Origin: Octopus vulgaris
Lineage: Eukaryota
Direction: 5' to 3'
Length of the DNA stretch: 64,000 nucleotides
Assembly (NCBI GenBank): GCA_951406725.2
Contig: OX597816.1
Location: 5,704,001-5,768,000 of the forward strand
The notes beneath the pieces are model-generated. The model made no database searches. It worked only from the letters and a program-made list of their open reading frames with translations, and was not told the origin of the DNA. How positions within the stretch are numbered: position 1 is the stretch's first letter; the number at the start of each line of letters is the position of its first letter. The position numbers were made by a program, and so were the translations under genes. Of this stretch, positions 1-11,437 are shown piece after piece.

Positions 1-437
1 GATTTTGTACGAGAAAGGTTACTGCGAGAAGCATGTAAGATAAAATAAATGAATGTAAACCAGTATTAATTTTACTGTGATATATCCATTATTCGCAGAG
101 GTGTTTGGTGAACTACGATATATCGGAAAGTTATCAGTACAACTGCAACGTTTTCGGCTTCTAAGAACGTCGCACAAGTTTAATACAGTTGTTAAGATGA
201 GCAATTTATTCCGTAGCAACCAAGTGGAATTTTCTTGAAACTAATTTGGTGCTGTACACTCTGCCTCAAAAATATTGTCCATGAATTGCGATCACCATTT
301 CTTACCTCTGTTGTAGAGAGCAGCAGTGAAATGAGGTCGAATCGTTTCAGGTATTGGACCATCGATCGGTATCCTTGATTTGTCACATATCGGTGAAGTT
401 CCAGTTTACATGTTGGCTTCCAGTGACCATGTATATC

Positions 438-1224
438 TAATTCTTTTTCTACCCACAAGGGGCTAAACATAGAGAGGACAAACAAAGACAGACAAATGGA
501 TTAAGTCGATTATATGGACCCCAGTGCGTAACTGGTACTTAATTAATCGACCCCGAAAGGATGAAAGGCAAAGTAGACCTCGGCAGAACTTGAACTCAGA
601 ACGTAAGGGCAGACGAAATACCTATTTCTTTATTACCCACAAGGGGCTAAACACAGAGGGGACAAACAAAGACAGTCAAACGAATTAAGTCGATTATATG
701 GACCCTAGGGCGTAACTGGTACTTATTTAATCGACCCCGAAAGGATGAAAGGCAAAGTCGACCTCGGCGGAACTTGAACTCAGAATGTATCGGCAGACGA
801 AATACCTATTTCTTTATTACCCACAAGGGGCTAAACACAGAGAGGACAAACAAAGACAGACAAACGGATTTAGTCGATTATATGGACCCTAGTGCGTAAC
901 TGGTACTTATTTAATCGACCCTGAAAGGATGAAAGGCAAAGTTGACCTCGGCGGAATTTAAACTCAGAACGTAGCGGCAGACGAAATACCTATTTCTTTA
1001 TTACCCACGAGGGGCTAAACATAGAAGAAACAAACAAGGACAGACATAGGTATTAAGTCGATTACAGCGACCCCAGTGCGTAACTGGTACTTAATTTATC
1101 GACCCCGAAAAGATGAAAGGCAAAGTCGACCTCGGTGGAATTTGAACTCAGAACGTAACAGCAGACGAAATACCGCTAATCATTTCGCCAGGCGTGCTAA
1201 CGTTTCTGCCAGCTCGCTGATATA
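438..1224 (-). mobile_element. tRNA-derived SINE (family A, GGCGGCGAGCTGGCAGAA head), tandem tetramer with a single head
   Basis: Four ~184-bp units (438-622, 623-806, 807-990, 991-1218). B-box GAGTTCAAATTCC on the minus strand. Only the last unit has the 5' head. 17-bp TSD CAGTGACCATGTATATC at 421-437 and 1225-1241. Confidence 0.9.
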
Positions 1225-1621
1225 CAGTGACCATGTATATCATTAGGATTAGACAAATCTTACGGACCGCTATAACTTACATAAACCCCGTAGAAGTGAC
1301 AAACATTTTGTTAGAGTATATAACTGCAAAAATGTGTGCCACTTGGTAATAATAAAGCTCTATTCGAAACGCATTAAATAAAGATGAAGTCTTTAAGAAT
1401 TGTTCTTTCAGTGCTTGGCCTTTTATAAAACAGTGATGAGAAAAAAAGTTTTTTAAAGAACGTAGGAATCTTGTTGGATATTGTCGTCATGATAAGAGGC
1501 TTTGTTTTCCCCTCCCCTGAAAGGATTTCACTTCATCGAAAAGACAAATAATGATGCAGTTATTGCATACTGAAAAGGCATGAATAATACTACTTCCCAC
1601 TTTAGGCTTCAAACATTTTCT

Positions 1622-2594
1622 TTTGCTTCCTTCAGTTATTTGACTACGGCCATGCTGGAGCACCGCCTTGAGTCGAACAAATCGACCCCAGGATCTATTC
1701 TTTGTAAGCCTTGTACTTATGCAATCGGTCTCATTTGCTGAACTGCTAAGTTACGGTTGTCAAGCGATGGTGGGAGCACAAACACCGACACACAAGCATA
1801 TACACACATACACATTCATATATATTTTATATATATTATTTCTATTATTATATGATTGAACGCCACGCATCCTCTTCCAAGTAAGTTTTATCTAAATAAT
1901 TCTGATCCGCACTCTACTATACTTTTACGCTTTCGTTTTTTCTCTCTTCCTTTCTCCCCTTCTCCCCCTCCTGTTTTTTTCTCACTTATCCTATTTCCTC
2001 TCCCCTTCACAGTTCTCTATCTGTCACTCTCTCTCTCCTTTACACTTACGCCCTCGCTCACGTGGCTCTCACGTGACCATTGGCCATCTTTCTTCTCCTA
2101 ACTTGTGATTCTTTCTTTCTCTACGTTGTAGCTGGATCAAGGAAGATGTGTTCTTGTCTATCTCCTGTCCAAGCTTACTTTATGCATTTGCCGCCACAAC
2201 CTCGTTTAAGCTTAGCAGCCCTTCCTGTTTGTTTTCACTGTCCTGTTTTTGTTACTTATTTTAACCCTCCGCAAAATACCAAAGTTTACTTAATTTGCGT
2301 TGCGGGAGCAACTGTTTTATCGAAAGTGTATCTTGTTGTTAAATGCTCGAAATACGAGAGTAGATAAAACAGCCAACAACTGATGAAGTGTTGCTTTTTG
2401 TGTTGTTTGTCTTGTTTTCTATTTGTCCCTTTCGTTGTTCGAAAAAATAGTTCATATTCCATGTATTCGTACTTCGTATTATTGTTGCACACCTTTCGTG
2501 CCGTCCTATGCCCACATATGCATAAATATATATACATATAGATGTAAGTATGTACATATACGTATGTGCATATGCATATATATTATCTATATTA

Positions 2595-2645
<51 letters not shown>

Positions 2646-2799
2646 GGCGAGCTTTCTTCAGTTTCCATCTGCCAAATTCACTCATAAGCCTTGGGCGGCC
2701 CGAGGTTATAGTAGAAGACACTTGCCCAAAGTGCCACGAAGTGGGACTGAACCCTGAACCATGTGGTTGGTAAGCAAGCCACTTACCACTCCTACGCCT
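1622..2799 (-). mobile_element. SINE family B (internal microsatellite), split by an unrelated ~0.7-kb insert
   Basis: 3' part at 1622-1810 and head at 2643-2799 match the family B copy at 35777-36217. Positions 1850-2520 are foreign sequence lying in the SINE's microsatellite. Confidence 0.75.
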
Positions 2800-3685
2800 A
2801 TCTTATAAAATATTTTGAAAGTTGCATCCACCATTTTTCAATTAGTAAAAATATTAATTTCATTCGTAAAGGTGACATTTAATTACGTATCAGATCTTCG
2901 TAGCGACGTTAACAACAAACTGAGGTGTAAGTTTAAATTATTGAAGTAAAATCAAGTCAGGAAGGATAGTGACAAACACATTGTTATATTTCCACTCGAC
3001 ACAAGACCTTTTAATTGTAGGTGAGAGAAAATGACGTGTAAGAGATTTCCTTTCTTTCTCGAGTGGATTATGGTTGTGAAATAAATTACTTTCAACCTTT
3101 TATAGGAACTAGTTCACGAAGTCAGCACACACCAGCAGTTCCGTCAAAACGTAGTATTTATTATATTGATTTTCATATAGCATCTACTGTGTATTTCTAT
3201 AAAATGTTCCATTACAGTGAAACGATTCTGGCACTTTTAAATGTTTCTAAAGATGGTAACATCGCTCACAGCATGACAAAAGGAACGGGATTCGACAAAT
3301 GAAATTGTCTGAGAGGATCTGGTTGGAATCGGAATCAATTGTATATATTACACGCAACACAAAAACTGTAAGAATAGACAATGCTCCATGTATACACGCT
3401 AACACATATGCATATTATATATCTGTATATATAATAATAAATATTAGGGAATAAATCCAAATTTACAGGGAAAAATCAGATTTAGGATTGAATCCAATTT
3501 TATAGTAAAATATTATATTATATTATATTAGAGACAAAACCACTATTATGCAAATCAAACAAAGAACGACATAAGCCAATACATAAAATAATTTATATAA
3601 ATTAAAATTTAACAGTTATCTGTATATATATATATATATATATATATAGATACAGATATATATAGATACAGATATATATAGATAG

Positions 3686-3748
<63 letters not shown>

Positions 3749-3799
3749 GCATACATATATATACATACATAGATTGAGAGATATGGTATTTGTTTTCAT

Positions 3800-3927
3800 G
3801 TAGCACGGGCGTGGCAGTGAGTAGTAAGAAATCTGTTTCCCAACAATATGAATCCGGCTGGGGCAAGTGTCGCCTTGTATAGCCTCGGATGCGGATTGGT
3901 AGACGGAAACTAAAAAGAAGCCTGTCA
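3800..3927 (+). mobile_element. SINE family B, 5' fragment
   Basis: GGGCAAGTGTC...GGATTGGTAGACGGAAACTAAAAAGAAGCCTGTC followed by (TA)n. Confidence 0.65.
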
Positions 3928-3951
3928 TATATATATATATATATATATATA

Positions 3952-4600
3952 CATCAGGTCATCCCATAAGTTCACCCGAATTTTGAATAAAGAAAACAAG
4001 TGATCAAATGTTATATTTAATTGAAATTTAGTCATCAATGTACTTTGCCTGATTATCTATGACTTCCTTCAATCTATCTACATATTTTTTAATCCCATCA
4101 ATGTAAAAGTCTTTTAACAGTAGACTTCAGCACAGATTGTTGCATCATGTGGTAACAATTCAAAGTGAATTACTCCTTTGCAATCCCACCAGATAGAGAG
4201 AAGAATCTTTTTCCCATGAAGTTCCCTTCTCGGTTGTGGTTGAGCTTTTCCTCTTAAACCAAGCCACTGTTTACGACGTTTAACATTTTGATGGAACCAT
4301 TTTTCATCACCAGTCACAAGTCTATCCAAAATGGGTGAATTGAATTCGCGAGAATGGAGAAAAGAGCAGCTTTCAACTCGGAATTTGCGGTTGCTTTCGG
4401 ATAATTCATGAGCACCCATTTTCCAAGTTTAGGAAACTTTCCAAGTTGTTGAAGATGACGACGAACAGTTGTATGGTTTGAACTAAGGTTTATTGCCAAT
4501 TCTTCAACTGATAATGCAGGATTTTCTTGAAATAATGCTTCAAGGAGATTATCATCAAGCTCAACTGGACGTCCTGTTCGATCTTCATCTTCAAAGCTGA
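3952..4600 (-). pseudogene. mariner transposase remnant with one terminal end
   Basis: Frameshifted ORFs 4314-4607 (EDEDRTGRP, HTH, LGKWV) and 4114-4419 (VTGDEKW, KILLSIWWDCKGVIHFELLP). The end abuts a TA run at 3950-3951. Confidence 0.85.
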
Positions 4601-6125
4601 AACCCACACCGGCATCTCTTAAGATATTGAGCCATCGAAAAAAAATACTATGAAAATGACCATTAAAACAAAGGGAAATTACTGTGTGATTGACCGTTAT
4701 AAGACAAAAGAGCTATTAGAATGACCGCTAAGTGAGGGGCGGGAGTAAAGGTAACGGAGTAAAAATGTTCATAGCAATCACGTAAGCGTGCATGTCCATA
4801 CATACACATGTGCGCCCCCACACCAACGTACAAGCGCCTATATGTATATACTCATCCACCCTCACTTGAAACACACGCATGCTCACCCATACATTCGCCA
4901 AAAAATATATATATACCCGCATACACACACGCACACACACACACACGCACAAAAAGGCTCATACACACGTCTATATATGCACATGCACAAGAAAAATGAG
5001 GGCTAATGGCAAAATACAAAAAATGTGTAAAAAATGTAAAAAATAAGCAATAAGAGTAAAACAGTTCTATATACTCACATACTCGCATGCACGCACACAC
5101 ACCTCTAATATACGCATATACCCGCACACGTCCATAAACAAACACACACACACACGCACAAAAAGGGTTCATACACACGTCTATATATGCAGATGCACAA
5201 GAAAAAGAGGACTAAAGGCAAAATATAGTAAAATGTGTAAAAATGAGTAAAAAATAAACAATAAGAGTAAAATGCGTCTATATGGACACATACACGCATG
5301 CACGCACACAGATGTCTAATATACGCACATACCCGCACACGTCTATAAGCACACACATATGCGCGCACAAAAGAAACAGGCTCATACACACATCTATTTT
5401 TCTTCACATGCACAAGAAAAAACAGGGCTAAAGGCAAAATGCAGAGAAATGTGTAAAAAAAAGTGTAAAAAATACGCAATAAGAGGAAAAAATGTGCGTA
5501 TATAGACGTGCGGGTAAGTGCGTATATAGACGTGTGTTTGTGTGTGTCCGTTTATAGACGTGTGCGGGTAAGTGCGTATATTAGACGTGTGTGTGCGTGC
5601 ATACAAGTATGAGCGTATATAGACGTGTTTTACTCTGCTTATTTTTCACACTTTTTTCTGAATTTTGCCTTTAGCTCTGTTTTTTCTTGTGCATGTGCGT
5701 ATATAGACGTGTGTATGAACATATGTGTATGAGCGAGAGTGTATGCGGGTTTGTATATATTTTGGGGGGAATGTATGGGTAAGCATTGTGTGTGTTTCAA
5801 GTGAGGGTGAATGAGTATATACATATGGCCGCATGTACGTGGGTGTGCTGGCGCACATGTGCATGTATGGACGTGCGCGCTTACACGATTATTCTGAGCA
5901 TTCTTACTCCCTTACCTTTACTCTCTCCCCTTACTTAGCGGCCATTCAAATAGCTCTTTTGTCTTAATAACGGTCAACCACACGGTAATTTCCCTTTGTT
6001 TTAACGGTTATTTTCATAGCATGTTTTTCGATAGCCGGATAACTGAAGAGATGCCAGCGTGGGTTTGCACCCCGACATCCGAAACCCGGAATTTTATCAT
6101 GGCTACTGAATAATTGTCACATATT
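4600..6125. mobile_element. ~1.5-kb imperfect palindrome made of two inverted copies of a Penelope-type terminal repeat
   Basis: 4600-4900 is the reverse complement of ~5770-6066. Three ~210-bp internal tandem units start near 4957, 5166 and 5379. Hammerhead in the right arm. The same family recurs at 51390-51575. Confidence 0.75.
6038..6098 (+). ncRNA. type I hammerhead ribozyme (partly decayed)
   Basis: GATAA-CTGAAGA-GATG...CATC-C-GAAA-CCCGGAA-TT-TTATC. Helix I is GATAA/TTATC; helix III is mutated relative to the 51409 copy. Confidence 0.65.
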
Positions 6126-6128
6126 ATG

Positions 6129-6184
<56 letters not shown>

Positions 6185-6228
6185 TGTGTGTGTGTATGTA
6201 TGTATGTATGTATGTATGTATGTATGTA

Positions 6229-6860
6229 TCTATAGCTATAAAACAGTTCTTGCACGAAAATTGTATGCACATTTTTCTTTGATGGTTAATGGCGGACAAA
6301 CCGAGGCTAGGATCGAGCTGAAAATTGGCAATGATACTAAATGCGTGGTGAGGATGAGACCTGCGATGGTTAAAATTCGCAAGCTATAAAGATATGGTTG
6401 ATATGGCAAAAAGAGTGAAAATTCATCGTCTTTAAACGGACTTTGACAAGTGTTTGTTGTTTCTCCCTTACAGTTATCACCGTTTGTTCTTCCATCTCTC
6501 CCTTTCTTCCTTCCTTCCTCTTTATGACTATAACGGCTTTTGACAACTTCTACTCACTCTCTTTCTCTCTCTGTATTCGCTGTCTCTCTGTCGATCTTTC
6601 TCCCCAACCTCGCTCTCCCCCCCCTCTCTCTCTCTCTGTACGTCTTTCTGTATCTATACAGGGAAGGTGTTGACAGCCGCAAGTGTGATTAGTGGAGAGG
6701 AATAAAATAATAAATAATTATATTGTGTCGGAAATGTATTTCACTCTCTTGAAGTTTAAATATTCTCGCTATAGGGCTTTTACAACGGTGAGTTATTATC
6801 GCCCACCACCTCTGCACAATAATTATAACAGATATCATTAATCAGATATTTATTATGTCA

Positions 6861-6920
<60 letters not shown>

Positions 6921-7197
6921 AAATATATAATGTGTATACATATGTATACATAATGCGAATATATATATATAATGTGTGCATATGTGGTCGGATTGAGCTG
7001 AAAATTGTTAAAGTGCTGCCGAGTTTGCATAGCAATTTTCAGTTTGCTCATTTGAAACGCTTGGCCTCCAGAGCAACATTCTTCATCTTTTAAAATGTGG
7101 CCCGCGTAGACACGAATGAAACTGGGTTATAATACCGAAACAAGTAAAACAATAATAAACTATCTTAATCCCGAGCAAGGCCGAGTTTGTGTTCTAG
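6229..7197 (+). mobile_element. putative non-autonomous Helitron
   Basis: Starts A|TCTATAGCTATAAAAC and ends CCCGAGCAAGGCCGAG...TTCTAG|T. The 3' signature resembles the Helitrons at 54784 and 63141. Confidence 0.5.
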
Positions 7198-7214
7198 TAT
7201 GTATATATATATAT

Positions 7215-7428
7215 AGTTAATCCAAACATGAAATCACAAGGAGAAAACACAACAACGTGAGGACATCGAATAAGTATAGTGTTATTGGACGCTCAGGAAA
7301 GAAAAGAAAGAAGGAGGATTTAACGTTTCGAGCGGGGCTCTTCGTCAGAAACATAAGAAAATGAAAGATCCAAGGAAGGAAAGATGGATGAAAAAATCGC
7401 CAACGATACGAACGCGGTCACATTTTGA

Positions 7429-7430
<2 letters not shown>
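7215..7430 (-). mobile_element. short Penelope-type remnant inserted in (TA)n
   Basis: Flanked by TA runs, contains a minimal hammerhead, and is related to 23575-23762. Confidence 0.6.
7318..7352 (-). ncRNA. minimal type I hammerhead ribozyme
   Basis: Minus strand reads GTTT-CTGACGA-A-GAGC-CCC-GCTC-GAAACGTT-AAAT. Helix II is GAGC/GCTC; helix III is the palindrome ACGT. Confidence 0.7.
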
Positions 7431-7465
<35 letters not shown>

Positions 7466-7769
7466 TATATATGTGTGTGTTGATGTACTCACGTCTTCGT
7501 AGCGGTTCGAACGTAGCGGTTCGACTAAAGGGGCCGATAGAATATGTATTAGGAATTAAGGGGGAAAAAACAGTACTTGAGGTCGATTCGTACGACTAAA
7601 ATCCCATAGGCTGGTGGTGCTCCAGCATGGCCGAAGTCTTATGACTGAAGCAGATAAAAGATTAAATGTAGTCAAAGATATAGCATTCGCGTGTTTTCTG
7701 AAGGAAGAAAATAAAAATTGGGGAGACACTTGTAGCAATACCTACCAACCTCAGGACGAGATATTGAAC

Positions 7770-7914
7770 ATAACCAACCACATGGTTCCGGGTTCAGTCC
7801 CACTGCGTGGCATCTTGGGCAAGTGTCTTCTACTATAGCCTCGGACCGACCGAAGCCTTGTGAGTGGATTTGGTAGACGGAAACTGAAAGAAGCCCGTCG
7901 TATATATATCTATC

Positions 7915-7972
<58 letters not shown>

Positions 7973-8207
7973 TGTGTGTGCTTGTGTATCTGTGTTTGTC
8001 CCTTTAGCATTGCTTGACAACCGATGCTGGTGTGTTTATGTCCCCGTAACTTAGTGGTTCGGCAAAAGAGGCCGATGGAATAAGTACTGGGCTTACACAA
8101 AAATAGAATAAGTCGCGGGGTCGAGTTGCTCGATTAAAGGCGGTGCTCCAGCATGGTCGCAGTCAAATGACTGAAACAAGTAAAAGAGTAAAAGAGTAAA
8201 GAGAGTA
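7770..8207 (+). mobile_element. SINE family B with internal (TA)n/(TG)n and (TAAAAGAG)n tail
   Basis: Colinear with 35777-36217. Confidence 0.85.
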
Positions 8208-8851
8208 TAACATCTAATGATACTTGCTAGGATGCCTTTACTCTCTGCTAGAAATAAATATATATAAAATATTTGATTGGTATCTCATAGTGAGTCTATA
8301 TGTGTTGCACGCCTATAACGGGGAATTAATAGACTCGAGTTGAAGTAGTAATAGAGTTTGTCATAAGTTAAGCAATTGATTATTACTACTTGAGTAATGT
8401 GAGTATCAGTAATATTTTCCACATACGCTACAGCGGCTTGTTGTTCAACAGTGGAACAAATATATTAATCCATTCAACAACAGAAAATTCTTAATATGTA
8501 ACCAACCGAGGCCATTACTAACGGTGTGTAGCTGAGTTGTGTTTGAAGAACTATTCAAGTATCACAAGCATCGAGCAACATACGTCTGTGAATGCTGGAA
8601 TTTTAGAGAAAATACTTTGGCGCAAAATATGATTCTGGCACGTCGTATCTGTTGTGAGAATTATATAAAAGCTTTCTACAAGAAAAGTTACAAATACACA
8701 GAGAGGAAGAGAAAATTGAGAAATAGTCTTCCCCAACCTCACATATTTCGAAATCCTGTCGATTTCATTGGAAGATCAAGTGTTGTCTTTAACGGCTTAT
8801 ATCCCAGTGAGAGCATTAGTTTGGCTGTCTACTATATTTCCCTATTACTAC

Positions 8852-9002
8852 AAGGCGCATGCGTAGCTGTGTGGTAAGAAGCTTGCTTCCTAATCACATG
8901 GTTCCAGGTTTAGTCCCACTGCGCGCCACCTGGTGTAAGTGTCTTCTATTATAGATTAGTCTCGACCAAAGCCTTGCCAGTGGATTTGGTAGACGGAAAC
9001 TG
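8852..9002 (+). mobile_element. SINE family B, 5' part
   Basis: tRNA-like head ...GCTGTGTGGTAAGAAGCTTGCTTCC...GGATTTGGTAGACGGAAACTG. Confidence 0.75.
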
Positions 9003-9003
9003 T

Positions 9004-9407
9004 ACGGCATTCACGCCGGAGGCTCCAATACGAACATTTCAGAGTGTTTTGGTGTCAATCAGAGCTTAGTTCATGTACTGAGAGGAATAAAAATCAAATA
9101 TCCAGTCAACATCATGATGCTTGCAATGACCACTAGTGATGGTGACGTTATGCCTCCATTCATCTTCCCACACATCGTCAGAATCAACACGGAAGCCTAC
9201 AGCATGTGCCTGGAGGGGGTAGTACTGCTCTGGGTGAAGAGGGTGGCTGCTAGAAGACCCAATGACTGGCAACAGTAGTCTGCACCATGCAACACAAGCA
9301 GAACCAAGTCATGGTTGTCAGACAATTTCTACAACCACATCCCCCTTAACATCAGGCCATCTAACTCCCCAGACTGCAAACCCATTGATTATTATGTGTA
9401 GGCTGCA

Positions 9408-9448
<41 letters not shown>

Positions 9449-9572
9449 AACGAAACACCTTGTATTTCATGATATTATAATGTAATTTCGGAAAATATAT
9501 CTGTTAAAATGAGATGTCCGTGTTATTTTCATTTTTGCGTAATTGAGAAGACAATTTTTCCACCACACCCTA
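9004..9572 (+). pseudogene. Tc1/mariner (DD37D/maT-like) transposase remnant
   Basis: Manual translation gives KYPVNIMM..SDGDVMPPFIFPH, VVLLWVKRVA, WQQ*SAPC, SWLSDNF, SNSPDC.PIDYYV*AAVERE, with frameshifts. Confidence 0.75.
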
Positions 9573-9697
9573 CACACACATATATATATACGCATATATA
9601 AGTATCTATGTATATGCATATATATATATATATATATTGAATGGCACAACAATGCAGAGTGGATTATAATAACTTATAATTTAATTAATCATTGTCT

Positions 9698-9742
9698 GAT
9701 ATGATATGTTTTCGAATATGGAAAATTCCGTCATCAGATATC
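9698..9742 (-). ncRNA. type I hammerhead ribozyme in a (TA)n-flanked remnant (9640-9796)
   Basis: Minus strand reads GATAT-CTGATGA-CG-GAAT...ATTC-GAAA-ACATA-TC-ATATC. Helix I is GATAT/ATATC. Confidence 0.6.
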
Positions 9743-9794
9743 GCTAAGAAGTGTTCGAGTCACTGCTATAATCAGTTTTCCAACACAATACTCT

Positions 9795-9842
<48 letters not shown>

Positions 9843-9913
9843 TATGAATTAGAGATAAAACCACTATTATGCAACTCAAACGTTGATAGACATAAACCAA
9901 TACATAAATAACA

Positions 9914-9955
<42 letters not shown>

Positions 9956-10051
9956 TTTTTTTAAAATATATAACTTATAACTACATCTCAAAAAGTATAA
10001 AATGAATGATAAATATATAATATAATAAATATTATATTATTATATTATATA

Positions 10052-10390
10052 CTAGCAGTATCACCGGGCGTTGCTTTAGAATTGGAATTTTTGAAAAGTA
10101 AAAATTTTGCATTATGCAACTTGTTACTATCTTTAAGTGAACATTTTTCTGGTTGAAATACGCGAAAAATGGCGACAGTCAAAGGTCGTAAAAAAATAGG
10201 GATTTTCATAGAAAAAAAGCACCTTCTTGATGTAAATAATTTTTGGTGTTAACACGGTCCGATTTGAACTTTTCTTCTATCATACTCTCAATTTTGGTCA
10301 ACCTGAACCGTAGGGTCTCGGAGGAGATAGTGTTAGTTGACGGCTACCAAACCAGCCATACACAGACAACTTCAGCTTTATATATATAGA
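10052..10390 (-). mobile_element. non-autonomous Helitron
   Basis: Minus strand reads A|TCTATATATATAAAGCTG...GCAACGCCCGGTGATACTGCTAG|T. The 3' end is nearly identical to that of the 54784 and 63141 elements. Confidence 0.8.
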
Positions 10391-10835
10391 TAATTGGTAT
10401 GTGTTCACAAAGTCCAAACATTTAATACGAAAAAACCCTCCAGGCTACATCCCGAAAATTCATTTCTTTGCCGAATTTCTACAATGTTTACGGCGATTCG
10501 TTTTATATCTTGATTTTTTTTATTTTTCATGCAATTTACACATGCTTGCACGCGTGGTGAACACAGTTCACGTCAAACAGCTGACTGAGTAAAGTTCACT
10601 ATTCAATGCATGGGATAAGGCCTAAACAAACACATTATCGATTTTTGCACTTGCGAGATGAATTTCGGAACAGAAATAGCGCAGTTCAATTTTCATTCGC
10701 CTAAATTTTAAGTGACCCATTTTTGGTGGTTCTACGATTTGTTGGCTAGGAGGAGATGTGCCGGGAAGTTAAGCACACAGACACACACACAGATACACAC
10801 ACAGACACACAAGTTGAGTTTTATATATATATAGA
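10391..10835 (-). mobile_element. second Helitron-like 5' segment
   Basis: Minus strand starts A|TCTATATATATATAAAACTCAACTTGTGTGTCTG, the same 5' architecture. No CTAG end of its own was found. Confidence 0.45.
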
Positions 10836-11260
10836 TTTATCATTCATTTTATACTTTATGTGATCTAGTTATAAGTTGTATATATATTTTTTTTAATTAT
10901 TTATATATATATATATATATTATTTGCTATTTATGTATTGGTTTATGACTATCACTGTTTGAGTTGCATAATAGTAGTTTTATCTTTAATTCATATTTTA
11001 TATATTTATACTGTGAAATTTGATTTAATACTAAATTGAATTTTTCCCTGTAAGTTTGAAGTTATACTCACTAATATCATATATATATAATAAAACAGAC
11101 GGACTGAGGTACACTACAGCGGTTTCAGACATATTTTCTTCATTGATATAGAAATCAATTACATCTTGTAAAAAATCCTGTTTTCAACAGGTGAATTAAA
11201 AGTAGGGAACAGCTGATACCGAAGTACATCACCAGCGTTAGAATCTGTGCAAAGACAATA

Positions 11261-11261
11261 C

Positions 11262-11333
<72 letters not shown>
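11261..11333. repeat. (AAT)n microsatellite
   Basis: Direct reading. Confidence 0.95.
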
Positions 11334-11335
<2 letters not shown>

Positions 11336-11344
11336 CTTAAAAAA

Positions 11345-11437
11345 CCAGGAAGCACCATTTAGGTGGCTCAGTATGGGTGACCTAAAAGCGAAAACTGAAA
11401 GCCTAGTCATCGCTTCCTAGGATTAGACATGTAATAC
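11345..11437 (+). pseudogene. R4/Dong-clade non-LTR retrotransposon fragment
   Basis: Translates FRWLSMGDLKAKTESLVIAS*D*TCNT, matching the WL..G.LK.ETE..I.AAQDQ motif, and sits next to (TAA)n. Confidence 0.55.

Noticed and set aside
301-437. Minus-strand exon ending at a GAG|GTAAG donor (ORF 192-485)
   Set aside because: The ORF start lies inside a SINE, there is no clear acceptor, and the peptide is unrecognisable.
438-1224. 184-bp tandem units as a CRISPR array or hammerhead retrozyme
   Set aside because: No unique spacers, and no CTGANGA...GAAA core on either strand. The units carry a Pol III B-box and are SINE bodies.
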